Position numbers and translations under genes: made by a program | Virus record (IMG/VR): IMGVR_UViG_3300021560_000013 | Location: 46,272 to 110,271 of that record | Reading direction: 5' to 3' (one strand) | Source of the DNA: a virus | Length of the DNA stretch: 64,000 bases | The notes under the pieces: model-generated | The model's database searches: none | What the model saw: the letters and a program-made list of their open reading frames with translations, nothing else | Told to the model about the DNA's origin: nothing | Shown: piece after piece, positions 39,104-48,846 of the stretch | How positions within the stretch are numbered: the first letter of the stretch is position 1 | How the letters are laid out: the number at the start of each line of letters is the position of its first letter

Positions 39104-42094
39104 GTGGCGGTCCAGCCCGCTGATCAGCAGCCCCAGCCGGTCCATCCGGATGTCCAGCGGCTGATCGACGCCGCGCAGATCGGCGCGACGATCCAGGCGG
39201 GCGTTGCCGTGTCGAAGGCGGCGGTGACAGCCGGGCCAATCGCGGTGACCGTGCTGCCACGCGCCGCAGCGGAGATCGTAGGTGCGCCGGTCGAACTGGC
39301 GGCGCACGCCGTCAAGTGGGCGGTCATCCTCCGCGTCCTGCGCCGCCTGTTCCGGCGGCATCACATGGAGACCGCCAGCTGGCTGGAGACGCAGCTGCGC
39401 AAGCAGTTCCCCGACCTGGATCCGGCGGTGATCCGGCAGGCCGTCGAGCAGGAGTTGAAGTTCGAGCGCGCGTTCCAGGCGAAGGCGCTCAAGCGCGCCG
39501 AGGCGGACTTCCACGCGGCGGGCCAGCTGCCGACACCCGAGGCGCAGGCGACGCGCGTCCAGCAGATCCTGAACCGCGAGAAGCACTACAGCCAGCTGCG
39601 CGAGCAGGCGCTGCTCGACCGGGCGATGCGCTTCTGCCACAACGCGACGGTCAAGGCGATCTCGCCGGACGGCGCGAAGTGGGTGCTCGGCCAGCGCAAG
39701 ACGCACACGCCGGGCTGCGTCGCGATGGCGGGCAAGAACTGGCCGTGGCCGGTGCTCGACGTGATCAACCCGCCGGTCCACACCGGGTGCGGCTGCGAGC
39801 TTCGACCGCTCAGGCCGGGCGACACCGTCCCGCCAGTCGGCACGGCGATGAACCTGGCCCGCCAGGCGATGGCCCTGGAGGAGGCTGTAAGGGCCGCTGC
39901 GCCCGGCGAGATCGAAGCCTGGCTCCAGGGTCAGGTGGTGCGCCCCGTGGTCGCCAGGGCGCTCCAGCGGCTCCAGGAGGGCACGTACGAGGAGGCGCTC
40001 CACCCGCGTGGCCGTGGCGGCAAGTGGATCGGCAAGCTGCTCAGCAGCCCCGGCTTCACGCAGCGCCGCCAGGCGCACGAGGTCCACGACGCGTTCCGGC
40101 GCGGTGAGGACGTGAGCGTGAGCAAGGTGGTCGATTCGCGCGCCGAGGCGACCAAGCAGTTCAAGACCGACTTCCTGGCAGCGATGCGCGAGGCCCGGCC
40201 CGGCTACGGCACCGGCAAGGTCCAGATCGCGGAAGGCTCGGTCGATGATCCCGAACTGATCAAGCGCGTCCAGCAGGCCGCTGAGTGGTTCCCGAAGGAA
40301 TGGATAGACAGGGCCGGACCGCTCCGCGTGGTCGAGTCCAAGAGCCCCGGCGTCTACGCGCTGCGCGCCGAGGTGGCGAAGGACCACATCTCGACCATCG
40401 CGCTCCGCAAGGACTCGTGGGAGAAGAACATCGTCCACGAGATGATGCACTGGCTAGAGGAGAAGAACCCCGAGGTTCACAAGGCGGCGCAGGAGTTCCT
40501 CGACCGCCGCACCGAGGGCCAGGAGATCGAGCCGCTGATCAACGGCGCGCCGCACGAGGAGGTGAAGGAGGGCGGCTTCGTTGACCCGTACATGGGCAAG
40601 ATCTACAACCACCCGTCCACCGAAGTGCTGACGATGGCGATGGAGGGGCTGGTCGCAGGGGCGATCCGCGTCGAGGACGACCCGGACCACTTCGCGATGC
40701 TGCTGAGCACGCTGACCGGCCAGAAGGTCGAGCCGTCCGAAGTCGGCACGTTCGGCCAGGGCTTCGACCTGAGCGGACTGAAGACGGCCAAGGCCAAGAC
40801 GGCGGCGACAGCTGCCGCCCGCGCGATCGAGACGGCGACCGGCGTCGTTCACCCGGTGAAGTTCACTCACCTGGATCCGGACGATCCGGCGACGGCGCGC
40901 TCGCTCCCGAGCGGGCACATCGCGGTGGACGAGAGCACCAGCCCGCACTTCCAGATCTCCGCGATCGTCCACGAGTACGCGCACAACATGGACCGGTCGG
41001 TGCTCGGCTCCGAGGACGACTGGTTCACCCAGCACGCGGACGAGTCCGGCCCGCTCTACAAGGCGCTGATGGCGTCGCCCACCGTCCAGAAGATCAAGAA
41101 CGACGAGGTGGAGATCCTGAAGGGCGACCCGCGCACGACGGCGCAGCTGCTCCAGGCCCGCGAACTGTTCGCCCGAGCGTTCGAGCAGTACGTCGCGATG
41201 CGCGGCGGCAACGAGCGGCTGCGCGAGAACCTGCGCAAGCTCCAGGGCGACCGGCTGCTCAGCTTCCAGCAGTGGCAGGACGACGAGTTCAAGCCGATCG
41301 CCGCCGAGATGGACAAGATCGTGCGCCAGCAGCACGCCGTCCAGGAGAGCAAGTGGACCGAGTGGCTCCACCCGCGTGGACGCGGCGGTCAGTGGGTCGA
41401 TGCGATCCAGCACGTCAGCAAGGAGATCGAGCAGCCCGAGGCGCACGAGGGCTTCACCGGCGAGGACTTCGCCAGGGGGCTGGACGGCTTCACGCACGGC
41501 GACCTGACGGCGATGCGCATGAACCGCACCGACACGCAGAACCTGTTCGGGGAGGTCTGGCTGAACGTGTTCCACAAGGGCCGGGGCGAGCCCGTCGGCA
41601 TGGCGCGCGTCACGATCAAGCCGCCGACCAACCAGGGCGTCCGCTCGATCGAGTTCAACAACATCGTGCTCAAGGAGGCCGAGCAGAACCAGGGGTTCGG
41701 CAAGGCGTTCACCGATCACCTGTTCAAGGTGGCGCGCGAGGGCGGCGTGGACAAGATGGAGATCGAGGCGGTGTCCGTCGGCGGCTACGCGTGGGCCAGG
41801 CGAGGGTTCGTGTGGACCGGCGACAAGGGCGCGCAGCAGCGCGCGATCCTGGCCGACGCGAAGGAGAAGGGCCGCTACCAGGCGATCCAGGAGCACGTTC
41901 GGCAGAAGCTCCTGGAGGAGCTTGACCGCAAGATCGCTGCCGGTGAGTTCACCAGCGAGGCCGAGCTTGCCGCGTTCGGCCACGGCGAGTACTGGAAGGA
42001 CGAGGACGGCAACCGCACCTGGCTGGGCAAGGAGTTGATGATGGGCTCGCACTGGGAGGGCGACCGCCCGATCACCGTCACCACTAGCGCATGA
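39104..42094 (+). CDS. MuF-like minor head protein fused to two zincin-like domains and a GNAT acetyltransferase
   Basis: C...G....PPVHTGCGC MuF motif; HEMMH..TEVLTM; HEYAH..ELFARAFEQY; QNQGFGK..GGYAWARRGF. Confidence 0.8.
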   Translation: MAVQPADQQPQPVHPDVQRLIDAAQIGATIQAGVAVSKAAVTAGPIAVTVLPRAAAEIVGAPVELAAHAVKWAVILRVLRRLFRRHHMETASWLETQLRKQFPDLDPAVIRQAVEQELKFERAFQAKALKRAEADFHAAGQLPTPEAQATRVQQILNREKHYSQLREQALLDRAMRFCHNATVKAISPDGAKWVLGQRKTHTPGCVAMAGKNWPWPVLDVINPPVHTGCGCELRPLRPGDTVPPVGTAMNLARQAMALEEAVRAAAPGEIEAWLQGQVVRPVVARALQRLQEGTYEEALHPRGRGGKWIGKLLSSPGFTQRRQAHEVHDAFRRGEDVSVSKVVDSRAEATKQFKTDFLAAMREARPGYGTGKVQIAEGSVDDPELIKRVQQAAEWFPKEWIDRAGPLRVVESKSPGVYALRAEVAKDHISTIALRKDSWEKNIVHEMMHWLEEKNPEVHKAAQEFLDRRTEGQEIEPLINGAPHEEVKEGGFVDPYMGKIYNHPSTEVLTMAMEGLVAGAIRVEDDPDHFAMLLSTLTGQKVEPSEVGTFGQGFDLSGLKTAKAKTAATAAARAIETATGVVHPVKFTHLDPDDPATARSLPSGHIAVDESTSPHFQISAIVHEYAHNMDRSVLGSEDDWFTQHADESGPLYKALMASPTVQKIKNDEVEILKGDPRTTAQLLQARELFARAFEQYVAMRGGNERLRENLRKLQGDRLLSFQQWQDDEFKPIAAEMDKIVRQQHAVQESKWTEWLHPRGRGGQWVDAIQHVSKEIEQPEAHEGFTGEDFARGLDGFTHGDLTAMRMNRTDTQNLFGEVWLNVFHKGRGEPVGMARVTIKPPTNQGVRSIEFNNIVLKEAEQNQGFGKAFTDHLFKVAREGGVDKMEIEAVSVGGYAWARRGFVWTGDKGAQQRAILADAKEKGRYQAIQEHVRQKLLEELDRKIAAGEFTSEAELAAFGHGEYWKDEDGNRTWLGKELMMGSHWEGDRPITVTTSA

Positions 42095-42103
42095 TGTGCG
42101 CTA
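42085..42103 (+). promoter_or_regulatory. 19-bp palindrome/-10 promoter
   Basis: TAGCGCATGATGTGCGCTA, -10 TACACT, near-leaderless to ATG 42119. Confidence 0.8.
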
Positions 42104-42118
42104 CACTGTAGTCAGACT

Positions 42119-45100
42119 ATGGATTGGGCGACAGCAGCAGCAACCGTGAGCGACAGGGCAAACCTGTCCGAGCCACCCGACGCGCCCGGCGATGACTGGG
42201 ACTTCTGGGACGAGGTGCAGAAGCTCGTTGACCCCGAGCTTCAGGAGGCATACGCAGCAGAGCTTCACCCGCGCGATCGCGCCGGGCGCTGGATGGAGAA
42301 GCTGGGGCTGAACCGCCTGCACGAGGTGGGCGGCGCACCGCGCGACGACCTGCTCGGCAAGATCCCGAAGGACATCGACTACATGGCCGTCGAGTCACCC
42401 GAGGAGATCCAGCGCAAGGTCGAGGCAGCTGGAGGCAAGGCCGAGCCGCTGATGGTCCGAGACCGGCTCGTGGGCGTTCGCGCGACGCACCCGGATCTGC
42501 CGCCCGGCGGCGTCGAGATCGTGCCGCCGCGCGTCGAGCAGTCCACCGGCGAGGGCCGACACGACTTCGCGATCGTGCCTCATCCCGGCCTGGGCACCGG
42601 CGCGAGCCCGGAGCACATGATCTCCGACGACGCGCAGCGCCGGGACTTCACCGTCAACGCGATGTACCACGACACGGCGACCGGCGAGACGGTCGATCCG
42701 ACCGGCCACGGCGTCGAGGACGCGCGCACGCGCACGCTGCGCATGGTCCACGACCAGAGCTTCCAGGAGGACCCGCTGCGGATGCTGCGCGGCGCACGGT
42801 TCGCCTCACAGCACAACCTGACGCCGGACCCGGCGACGTTCGCCGCGATGCAGCGCGACTCCGGAGGCATGACCGCGCTCACGCAGAAGGGTGTGAGCGG
42901 CACCGTCCAGGACGAGATGCGCAAGCTCCTGATGGGCGACAACCCCGGCAAGGGCCTGCGACTCATGCGCGACACCGGCATGCTGCAGCAGCTGCTGCCC
43001 GAGCTTGCGCCGATGGTCGGGTTCGACCAGCGCTCCGTCTACCACGAGCACACCGTGGATGAGCACACGTTCGAGGTGGTTGACGAGTTGGCGAAGGCGG
43101 GCGCGAGCTACGAGGCACGGCTCGCGGCGCTGTTCCACGACTCGGGCAAGCCAGCGACCGCGAACCTCAAGCCGGACGGCCACTTCCGCTTCCACTCGCA
43201 CCCCGAGCACGGCGATCACCAGGACGTGGGAGCGCAGATCGCGCACGACACGCTGAGGCGGCTGAACTACCCGAAGGACACGCTCGACCACGTCACCGGC
43301 CTGGTGCGCGAGCACATGCTCACCGCCGTCACCAAGCCGACGCCGGTCAAGGCCAGGCGGCTCCGAGCCCGCTTCTCGGACAAGTTCCTGACCGACCTGC
43401 TCGACCACAAGGCCGCTGACATGGAGGGCCACGGCGACATGGTGGCGAAGGACCGCGAGGGGATCGGCAAGCTCCGCGCGCTGCTGGCCGAGAACGCCGA
43501 CGCGCCGCGCTCGCTGAAGGATCTGAACGTCAACGGGCACGACCTGATGGCCGAGGGAATCGCGGAGGGTCCGGTGATCGGCCAGACGCTCAACCAGCTA
43601 CTACGCGAGGTCGTGGACAACCCGGACCTGAACCGGCGCGAGTGGCTGCTGAACCGGGCTGCGAAGCTGGCGGCGCTGAGCACCCAGGAGTGGGCCGCAC
43701 TGGAGGAAGCGAACATCTACGAGGAGGCGCTCCACCCGCGCGATCGACTGGGCAAGTGGATGTCCAAGGAGTTCGGTGAGCAGCTGGCCCGGCCCGGCAA
43801 CAAGCGCAGCGGGAAGAAGCCGACGCCGTACAGGCCCGCGCAATGGACCGACACCGGCCAGGACTTCCAGACGATGGCGCACGAGGCCGCGCAGCTGGTT
43901 CACCCCGAGGGGACGCCCGAGGAGCACGCCGAGATCGCCAGGGCCGTGACTGCCGACAGGCCACCGCCGAGGGGCGTGAGCAAGGAGGCGAAGAAGGCGG
44001 CGAAGAAGCTGCGCGACAAGAGCGCGCCCGAGGGCCGCTGGGGCCAGTACATCTACCGGCTGCACGGCATCGCCGCCGCCGCTCACGCCGACCAGACCGA
44101 CCGGAGCGGCAAGCCGTACATCCAGCACGTCGAGGCGGTGGCTGACTCCGTCTCGGATGAGGCCAAGCCGGTGGCGCTGTTCCACGACGCGCTGGAGGAC
44201 GCCGAGCTAACGCCCGAGGTGCTGAAGGCGGCGCTGACCGAGCCGCACGTAATGACCCCCGAGCAGGCGCAGACGATCGTTGACGCGATCGGGCTGCTGA
44301 CCCACGACGACGCGGAGTCCTACGGCGAGTACATCGACCGGCTCGCGAACGCGCCGGGCAAGGCGGGCGAGCTTGCACGCGAGGTGAAGCGCGCCGACCT
44401 GCAGCACAACCTGGGCCGCATGACCCCGGAGATCGTCCGCGACGCGCCGCAGCTGCAGGAGCGCTACGGGAAGGCGCTGCGGACGCTCGCGCCCGAGCGC
44501 ACGCCGATCTCGCAGCGCGGCGCGCCGCTGAACGTGAACAACCTGGACGAGGCGACGGTGCTGGCCCGGCTGCGCAAGCTGTACGAGGCGAGTGAGCAGG
44601 CGGGCACGGCTGAGATCGAGAAGCACTGGTACCAGCAGGCGCACGACGAGATCGCCGCGCTGGCCGAAGAGCACGACGTTGACCCGCATGTGCTCGCCGC
44701 GATGGTGGCCGCGACATCGCCGCAGCTGACCTGGCGTCACGAGTTCAAGGACGGGCGTGTCAAGTACCCGAACCTCGAACTGGCGGTCAACGCGATCAGG
44801 CTCGCGCGCCGCTACCCGGACGAGCCCGCGCCGAAGCTGGTGGACCGGCTGGTCGAGGCGTCCACGAAGCGCACGCCCGAGGAGCGCAAGGCCGGACCGA
44901 GCGAGCTTGGTGGGCTGGGCGAGTCGATCCTCAAGGCGATCCGGATCTACCGGGGCGAGGATCCCGAGCGGGTCCTCGGCGCGCCCAAGACGCGCTCGTT
45001 CGCGAACAACCTGACCTACCCGGACCAGGCGACGACGGTCACGATGGACGAGCACATGGCCCGCGCGGTGATCGGCCAGGTCAGCAAGGAGGGCTACGGC

Positions 45101-45289
45101 GGCGGCGCAGGCGTGTTCAACGAGACCGCCGAGGGGTCGGGCTACACCTGGAGCGCCAACATGGTCAAGCGGCTGGCCGAGGAGAAGGGCGTCCTCCCGC
45201 ATCAGGCGCAGGCGATCGTCTGGGTGGCGCAGAAGGCGCTCGCGGACGCCGCCGAGGCCGAGGCCAAAGCCGCCAAGGCGAAGGGCTAA
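42119..45289 (+). CDS. Polyprotein: class II CCA-adding enzyme with HD domain + RelA/SpoT-hydrolase-like HD domain + HhH-glycosylase-like domain
   Basis: VGG..RD.LLG..PKDID, RRDFTVNAM, EDPLR.LR..RF, LFHDSGK; AH.DQ.DRSGKPYI.H..LFHD.LED..VK.AD..HN; WY..AH..AATSP..PKT.SF..N..T.D.H..QA..W. Confidence 0.85.
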   Translation: MDWATAAATVSDRANLSEPPDAPGDDWDFWDEVQKLVDPELQEAYAAELHPRDRAGRWMEKLGLNRLHEVGGAPRDDLLGKIPKDIDYMAVESPEEIQRKVEAAGGKAEPLMVRDRLVGVRATHPDLPPGGVEIVPPRVEQSTGEGRHDFAIVPHPGLGTGASPEHMISDDAQRRDFTVNAMYHDTATGETVDPTGHGVEDARTRTLRMVHDQSFQEDPLRMLRGARFASQHNLTPDPATFAAMQRDSGGMTALTQKGVSGTVQDEMRKLLMGDNPGKGLRLMRDTGMLQQLLPELAPMVGFDQRSVYHEHTVDEHTFEVVDELAKAGASYEARLAALFHDSGKPATANLKPDGHFRFHSHPEHGDHQDVGAQIAHDTLRRLNYPKDTLDHVTGLVREHMLTAVTKPTPVKARRLRARFSDKFLTDLLDHKAADMEGHGDMVAKDREGIGKLRALLAENADAPRSLKDLNVNGHDLMAEGIAEGPVIGQTLNQLLREVVDNPDLNRREWLLNRAAKLAALSTQEWAALEEANIYEEALHPRDRLGKWMSKEFGEQLARPGNKRSGKKPTPYRPAQWTDTGQDFQTMAHEAAQLVHPEGTPEEHAEIARAVTADRPPPRGVSKEAKKAAKKLRDKSAPEGRWGQYIYRLHGIAAAAHADQTDRSGKPYIQHVEAVADSVSDEAKPVALFHDALEDAELTPEVLKAALTEPHVMTPEQAQTIVDAIGLLTHDDAESYGEYIDRLANAPGKAGELAREVKRADLQHNLGRMTPEIVRDAPQLQERYGKALRTLAPERTPISQRGAPLNVNNLDEATVLARLRKLYEASEQAGTAEIEKHWYQQAHDEIAALAEEHDVDPHVLAAMVAATSPQLTWRHEFKDGRVKYPNLELAVNAIRLARRYPDEPAPKLVDRLVEASTKRTPEERKAGPSELGGLGESILKAIRIYRGEDPERVLGAPKTRSFANNLTYPDQATTVTMDEHMARAVIGQVSKEGYGGGAGVFNETAEGSGYTWSANMVKRLAEEKGVLPHQAQAIVWVAQKALADAAEAEAKAAKAKG

Positions 45290-45305
45290 CTCACGATGTG
45301 CGCTA
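45287..45305 (+). promoter_or_regulatory. 19-bp palindrome with perfect -10 (includes upstream stop)
   Basis: TAACTCACGATGTGCGCTA, -10 TATAAT; ATG 7 nt later (leaderless). Confidence 0.8.
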
Positions 45306-45316
45306 TAATGAAGGGT

Positions 45317-47161
45317 ATGGATCCAGTTGCCCCCATCACCCCGGACGACCCGGTGAGCATCGACACCTTCGAGGCCGTGATGGCCGCGATGGACGACCTG
45401 ATCGGTGGCGACGGCACGCTCGCGGAGGCGTTCAACCCGAACCAGCCGCGCTTCCCGAAGGGCCACGCGAAGGCGGGCCAGTGGCGACCCAAGCTCGTGA
45501 CCGGCGCAGGCGGGCTCGCGCCCGGCCACCTCGATCGCGACATCCGGAAGATCAACGACCTGATCGAGCAGGGGACCGGCGGCGGCACCGTCGTGAACGT
45601 GTCACCCGGCAGCCTGGACGTGATCGGCCAGCAGGTCGAGAAGGTGGCGCTGAAGTACTCGGCGCGCAAGGTCTACGAGAAGCGTCTGGAGGACATCCGC
45701 GCCGAGCGCACGGCGATCCAGGACGCCAAGTGGGACGCGTACGAGAAGGCGTGGCGCGCCGCGCCGCCGTTCGAGGAGCGCGACCCGCTGGAGCCCGAGG
45801 ACTTCATCGACCCGAAGGACGCCGCCCGGCTGAAGGAGATCGCGGAGGAGGAGATCAAGCTCGTCAAGCAGCGTGACTTCGCTGACCGCGACGCGATGCT
45901 CGGCGTGCTCCAGAAGATCCGCCCGATGGGCGGCAAGCTGAACGTCGCGCCGTGGACCGAGAACAAGATCGAGGCGCGCACCGACAACGAGATCGAGAAG
46001 GCGTACCGCGAGCAGGAGCTAGCGCGAGGAGCGGGCGCGAAGGTGCTGATGCAGCGCGACCTGGAGGCCAACCTCAAGCAGGTGCTGAAGCTGATCCCCA
46101 AGGCGTGGCTGGACGACACCAACAGCAAGGGCACCGTCAACTTCCTGTTCTCCGACACCCGCGCGTACGCCGACACGCGCGAGGAGACGCCGCCCGGCCA
46201 GTGGGACGAGTGGAAGGGTGCGCGCAAGGCGCTCGACACGCTGGCGGGCGAGGGCTACAAGCTGCTGGGCCGCGACAAGAAGGTGAGCACGTTCCTGATG
46301 CTCGAAGCGCCGAACGGCGACGTGGTGGCGCTGCGCTCCGACGGCTCGATCCCGAAGGGCGTCGGTGAGTTCTCCGACACCGCGCTGGTGCTCAGCAAGG
46401 AGGGCACATGGACGCTGCCCGGCTTCACCGAGCACGCGACGGCCAAGGACGCGAAGAAGTTCGTGACGCCGATGAAGACGCTCCCGCCCGAGCCGACGAT
46501 CCCGTCCCCGTCGAGCGCGATGGGCCAGAACTGGGATCCGTACGAGCGCATGCGCACCGCCGTCGCCAAGCGCGAGCAGGAGGGCTGGAAGTTCGTCGGC
46601 ATGCGCGGCAAGTGGGCGACGCTGCGCAAGGGCGACGAGGAGATCTCGCTGAACTGGGCGGGCGACCCGCTGACCAAGCAGGTCGGCCAGGGCGGCAAGG
46701 ACCGGGGTCTCGACCCGCTGAACCCGTACGTGGTGATCCCAGCGCCGCCGGTGCCGAGCCAGACGAACACGACGATCAAGATCGACCCGAGGCCCGGCGA
46801 CAAGGACACGCTGCTGCACGAGCTATGCCACCGCATGGAGGTGGTCTACGGCGAGCAGAACAACGCGGGCTACCACCCGCTGTCGATGGCGATGCACAGC
46901 TTCTTCAACAGCCGCACCAAGGGCGAGGAGACGCAGAAGCTCCGGGACCTGTACCCCGGCTACGCCTACGAGGGCCACGAGATCTCCAAGCCGGACAAGT
47001 TCATCGACGGCTACTGCGGCAAGATCTACAAGGGCGAGAGCACGGAGCTACTGACGATGGGCCTGCAGTACCTGTTCTTCCCCCGCTTCGGCTCAAACCG
47101 TGACGTGAACAAGGATCCGGCGTACCGGCGGCTGATCCTCGGAGTGATGGCGACGCTATGA
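45317..47161 (+). CDS. Probable head-associated protein with C-terminal zincin-like domain
   Basis: FNPNQPR.PKG...AGQW tag; HELCH...RTKGE..DKFID.Y.GKIY...STELLTMG, paralogous to a domain of 39104. Confidence 0.75.
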   Translation: MDPVAPITPDDPVSIDTFEAVMAAMDDLIGGDGTLAEAFNPNQPRFPKGHAKAGQWRPKLVTGAGGLAPGHLDRDIRKINDLIEQGTGGGTVVNVSPGSLDVIGQQVEKVALKYSARKVYEKRLEDIRAERTAIQDAKWDAYEKAWRAAPPFEERDPLEPEDFIDPKDAARLKEIAEEEIKLVKQRDFADRDAMLGVLQKIRPMGGKLNVAPWTENKIEARTDNEIEKAYREQELARGAGAKVLMQRDLEANLKQVLKLIPKAWLDDTNSKGTVNFLFSDTRAYADTREETPPGQWDEWKGARKALDTLAGEGYKLLGRDKKVSTFLMLEAPNGDVVALRSDGSIPKGVGEFSDTALVLSKEGTWTLPGFTEHATAKDAKKFVTPMKTLPPEPTIPSPSSAMGQNWDPYERMRTAVAKREQEGWKFVGMRGKWATLRKGDEEISLNWAGDPLTKQVGQGGKDRGLDPLNPYVVIPAPPVPSQTNTTIKIDPRPGDKDTLLHELCHRMEVVYGEQNNAGYHPLSMAMHSFFNSRTKGEETQKLRDLYPGYAYEGHEISKPDKFIDGYCGKIYKGESTELLTMGLQYLFFPRFGSNRDVNKDPAYRRLILGVMATL

Positions 47162-47430
47162 GCGCGAGCTTCACCTACACCGGCACCCTGGACGGCCACG
47201 ACGTGACCGGCCAGGTCAAGGACGGCAGGATCCTGGGCAACCCGTTCGTCGCGATCCGCGTCAAGGCTCTGGTGGACGACGGCACGAACATCGGGCTCGG
47301 ACCGTGGGCCGGACCGGCGACGCTGGACGACGAGATCCTTGCCAGGGCGACCGTCGCGGCGGTGATCGACAAGCCGAGCTTCGACCCGCCGGTCGAGACC
47401 GAGCCGCTGCCCGAGGGCGTCGTCTCCTAA
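47158..47430 (+). CDS. Small acidic protein coupled to the zincin gene
   Basis: ATGA overlap. Confidence 0.65.
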   Translation: MSASFTYTGTLDGHDVTGQVKDGRILGNPFVAIRVKALVDDGTNIGLGPWAGPATLDDEILARATVAAVIDKPSFDPPVETEPLPEGVVS

Positions 47431-47473
47431 CTCGAATCCTGAGCCAGCCGGGCGCGCCCTTAGAGTCCGGGGC

Positions 47474-47791
47474 ATGCAACAGATCGTCCAGCGGGTCTGG
47501 AAGGAACCGGCAGTCGCGATCGGCCTGGTGACCAGCATCGCGCTCGCCATCATCGTCGTGATCTCCGGTGACTCATGGAACGTGTCCACCATCACCGGCG
47601 TCATAGCGCCGTTCGCGTCAGCGCTCGGCATCCGCACGCAGGTGAAGCCCGTCGGCAGGCCCGACGAGGCGACGCCGCCGCCGGTAACGCTCACGCCAGC
47701 GCCAACGCCAGAATCTGCGCCTACGCCAGAAGAGCCGCCGCCAGCTGACCATGACGAGAGTGTGATCACTCCCGGCGACCCGACGAAGTGA
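47474..47791 (+). CDS. Putative holin
   Basis: Two hydrophobic segments after KEPA; directly upstream of lysins. Confidence 0.6.
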   Translation: MQQIVQRVWKEPAVAIGLVTSIALAIIVVISGDSWNVSTITGVIAPFASALGIRTQVKPVGRPDEATPPPVTLTPAPTPESAPTPEEPPPADHDESVITPGDPTK

Positions 47792-48304
47792 TGGCTCAGA
47801 ACGGGCGGCTACCCGACTCGGACCTGGCCCCGATCGCCGCCGGACGGCTGCGCAAGGACGCAGCTGCAGCCTGGAACAGCATGAACGTCGAGGCCCGCAA
47901 GCGCGGGTGCGAGCTAGTGCCGACCGGCTCGAAGTCGTCCTACCGAACCTACGAGCAGCAGGTGGAGCTTTGGAGGCTCTACAAGGCCGGGCGCGGCAAC
48001 CTCGCCGCCACGCCCGGCACCTTAGGCCAGCAACCACGGCTGGGGGATCGCCGTCGATGTCGCGACGCAGGAGATGCGAGCGATGATCGACCGCATCGGC
48101 GCGCAGTGGGGATTCGAGAAGCGCACGAGCGACGCGCCCGGAGAGTGGTGGCATCTGCGCTGGCGCGAGGGCTCGTGGAAGGGCACCGACCCCGGCCCGC
48201 ACGGCGCGCCGCCAGCGCCAGCGCCCGTACCGGTGGGAAGTGACCGCGCGACCGGCATGCGCTACTACGAGTCGAACATGGCTCCGAAGGGATTTCACTC
48301 ATGA
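47788..48304 (+). pseudogene. M15 (VanY-like) peptidoglycan peptidase, frameshifted by a 7-nt insertion
   Basis: SSYRTYEQQ..PGT in one frame, SNHGWGIAVD..EWWH in another; removing TTAGGCC (48022-48028) restores PGTSNHG. Confidence 0.8.
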
Positions 48305-48837
48305 ACCTCGGCAAGGCGGGCGCTGACCTGATCACAGAGTTCGAGGGCTTCCGCTCGCGGCCATACCGGGACGCGGTCGGCGTGTGGACGATCGGGTACG
48401 GATCAACGGCAGGTGTAGGCCCGAACACCCCGCCGATGACCGAGCAGCAGGCGCGTGACCGCCTGATGCGCGAGGTGGACGCCCAGTACGGCAGAGCGAT
48501 CAACGCTCTCGGCGTGCCGTTGACCCAGAACCAGTTCGACGCGCTGACCAGCTTCGTCTACAACGTCGGCGTCGGCGGCGTCGCCCCGAGTACCGGCGTG
48601 GGCCAGGCGCTCCGGGCGCGCAACTACCAGCGGGCGGCGGACGAGCTACTGAAGTGGGACAAGGCCGGGGGTCGCACGCTCGCCGGGCTGACCAGGCGTC
48701 GCCAGGCGGAACGCAAGCTGTTCCTGGCCGCTGACAAGCCTCAGCCCAAGCCGAAGCCTGCAGCGCCGGTCGGCAGCGATCGAGCGACAGGCATGCGCTG
48801 GTTCGGAGAGATGCACCCGGCAGGGTTCAACGCATAG
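48301..48837 (+). CDS. Phage lysozyme (GH24) endolysin
   Basis: FEG.R..PY.D.VGVWTIGYG, QNQFDAL.SF.YN.G, W...GG..L.GL.RRR..E. Confidence 0.92.
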   Translation: MNLGKAGADLITEFEGFRSRPYRDAVGVWTIGYGSTAGVGPNTPPMTEQQARDRLMREVDAQYGRAINALGVPLTQNQFDALTSFVYNVGVGGVAPSTGVGQALRARNYQRAADELLKWDKAGGRTLAGLTRRRQAERKLFLAADKPQPKPKPAAPVGSDRATGMRWFGEMHPAGFNA

Positions 48838-48846
48838 GAGAGAGAC

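Noticed and set aside
45296-45316. ORF-track start at 45296
   Set aside because: Falls inside the promoter palindrome; ATG 45317 is 7 nt after TATAAT
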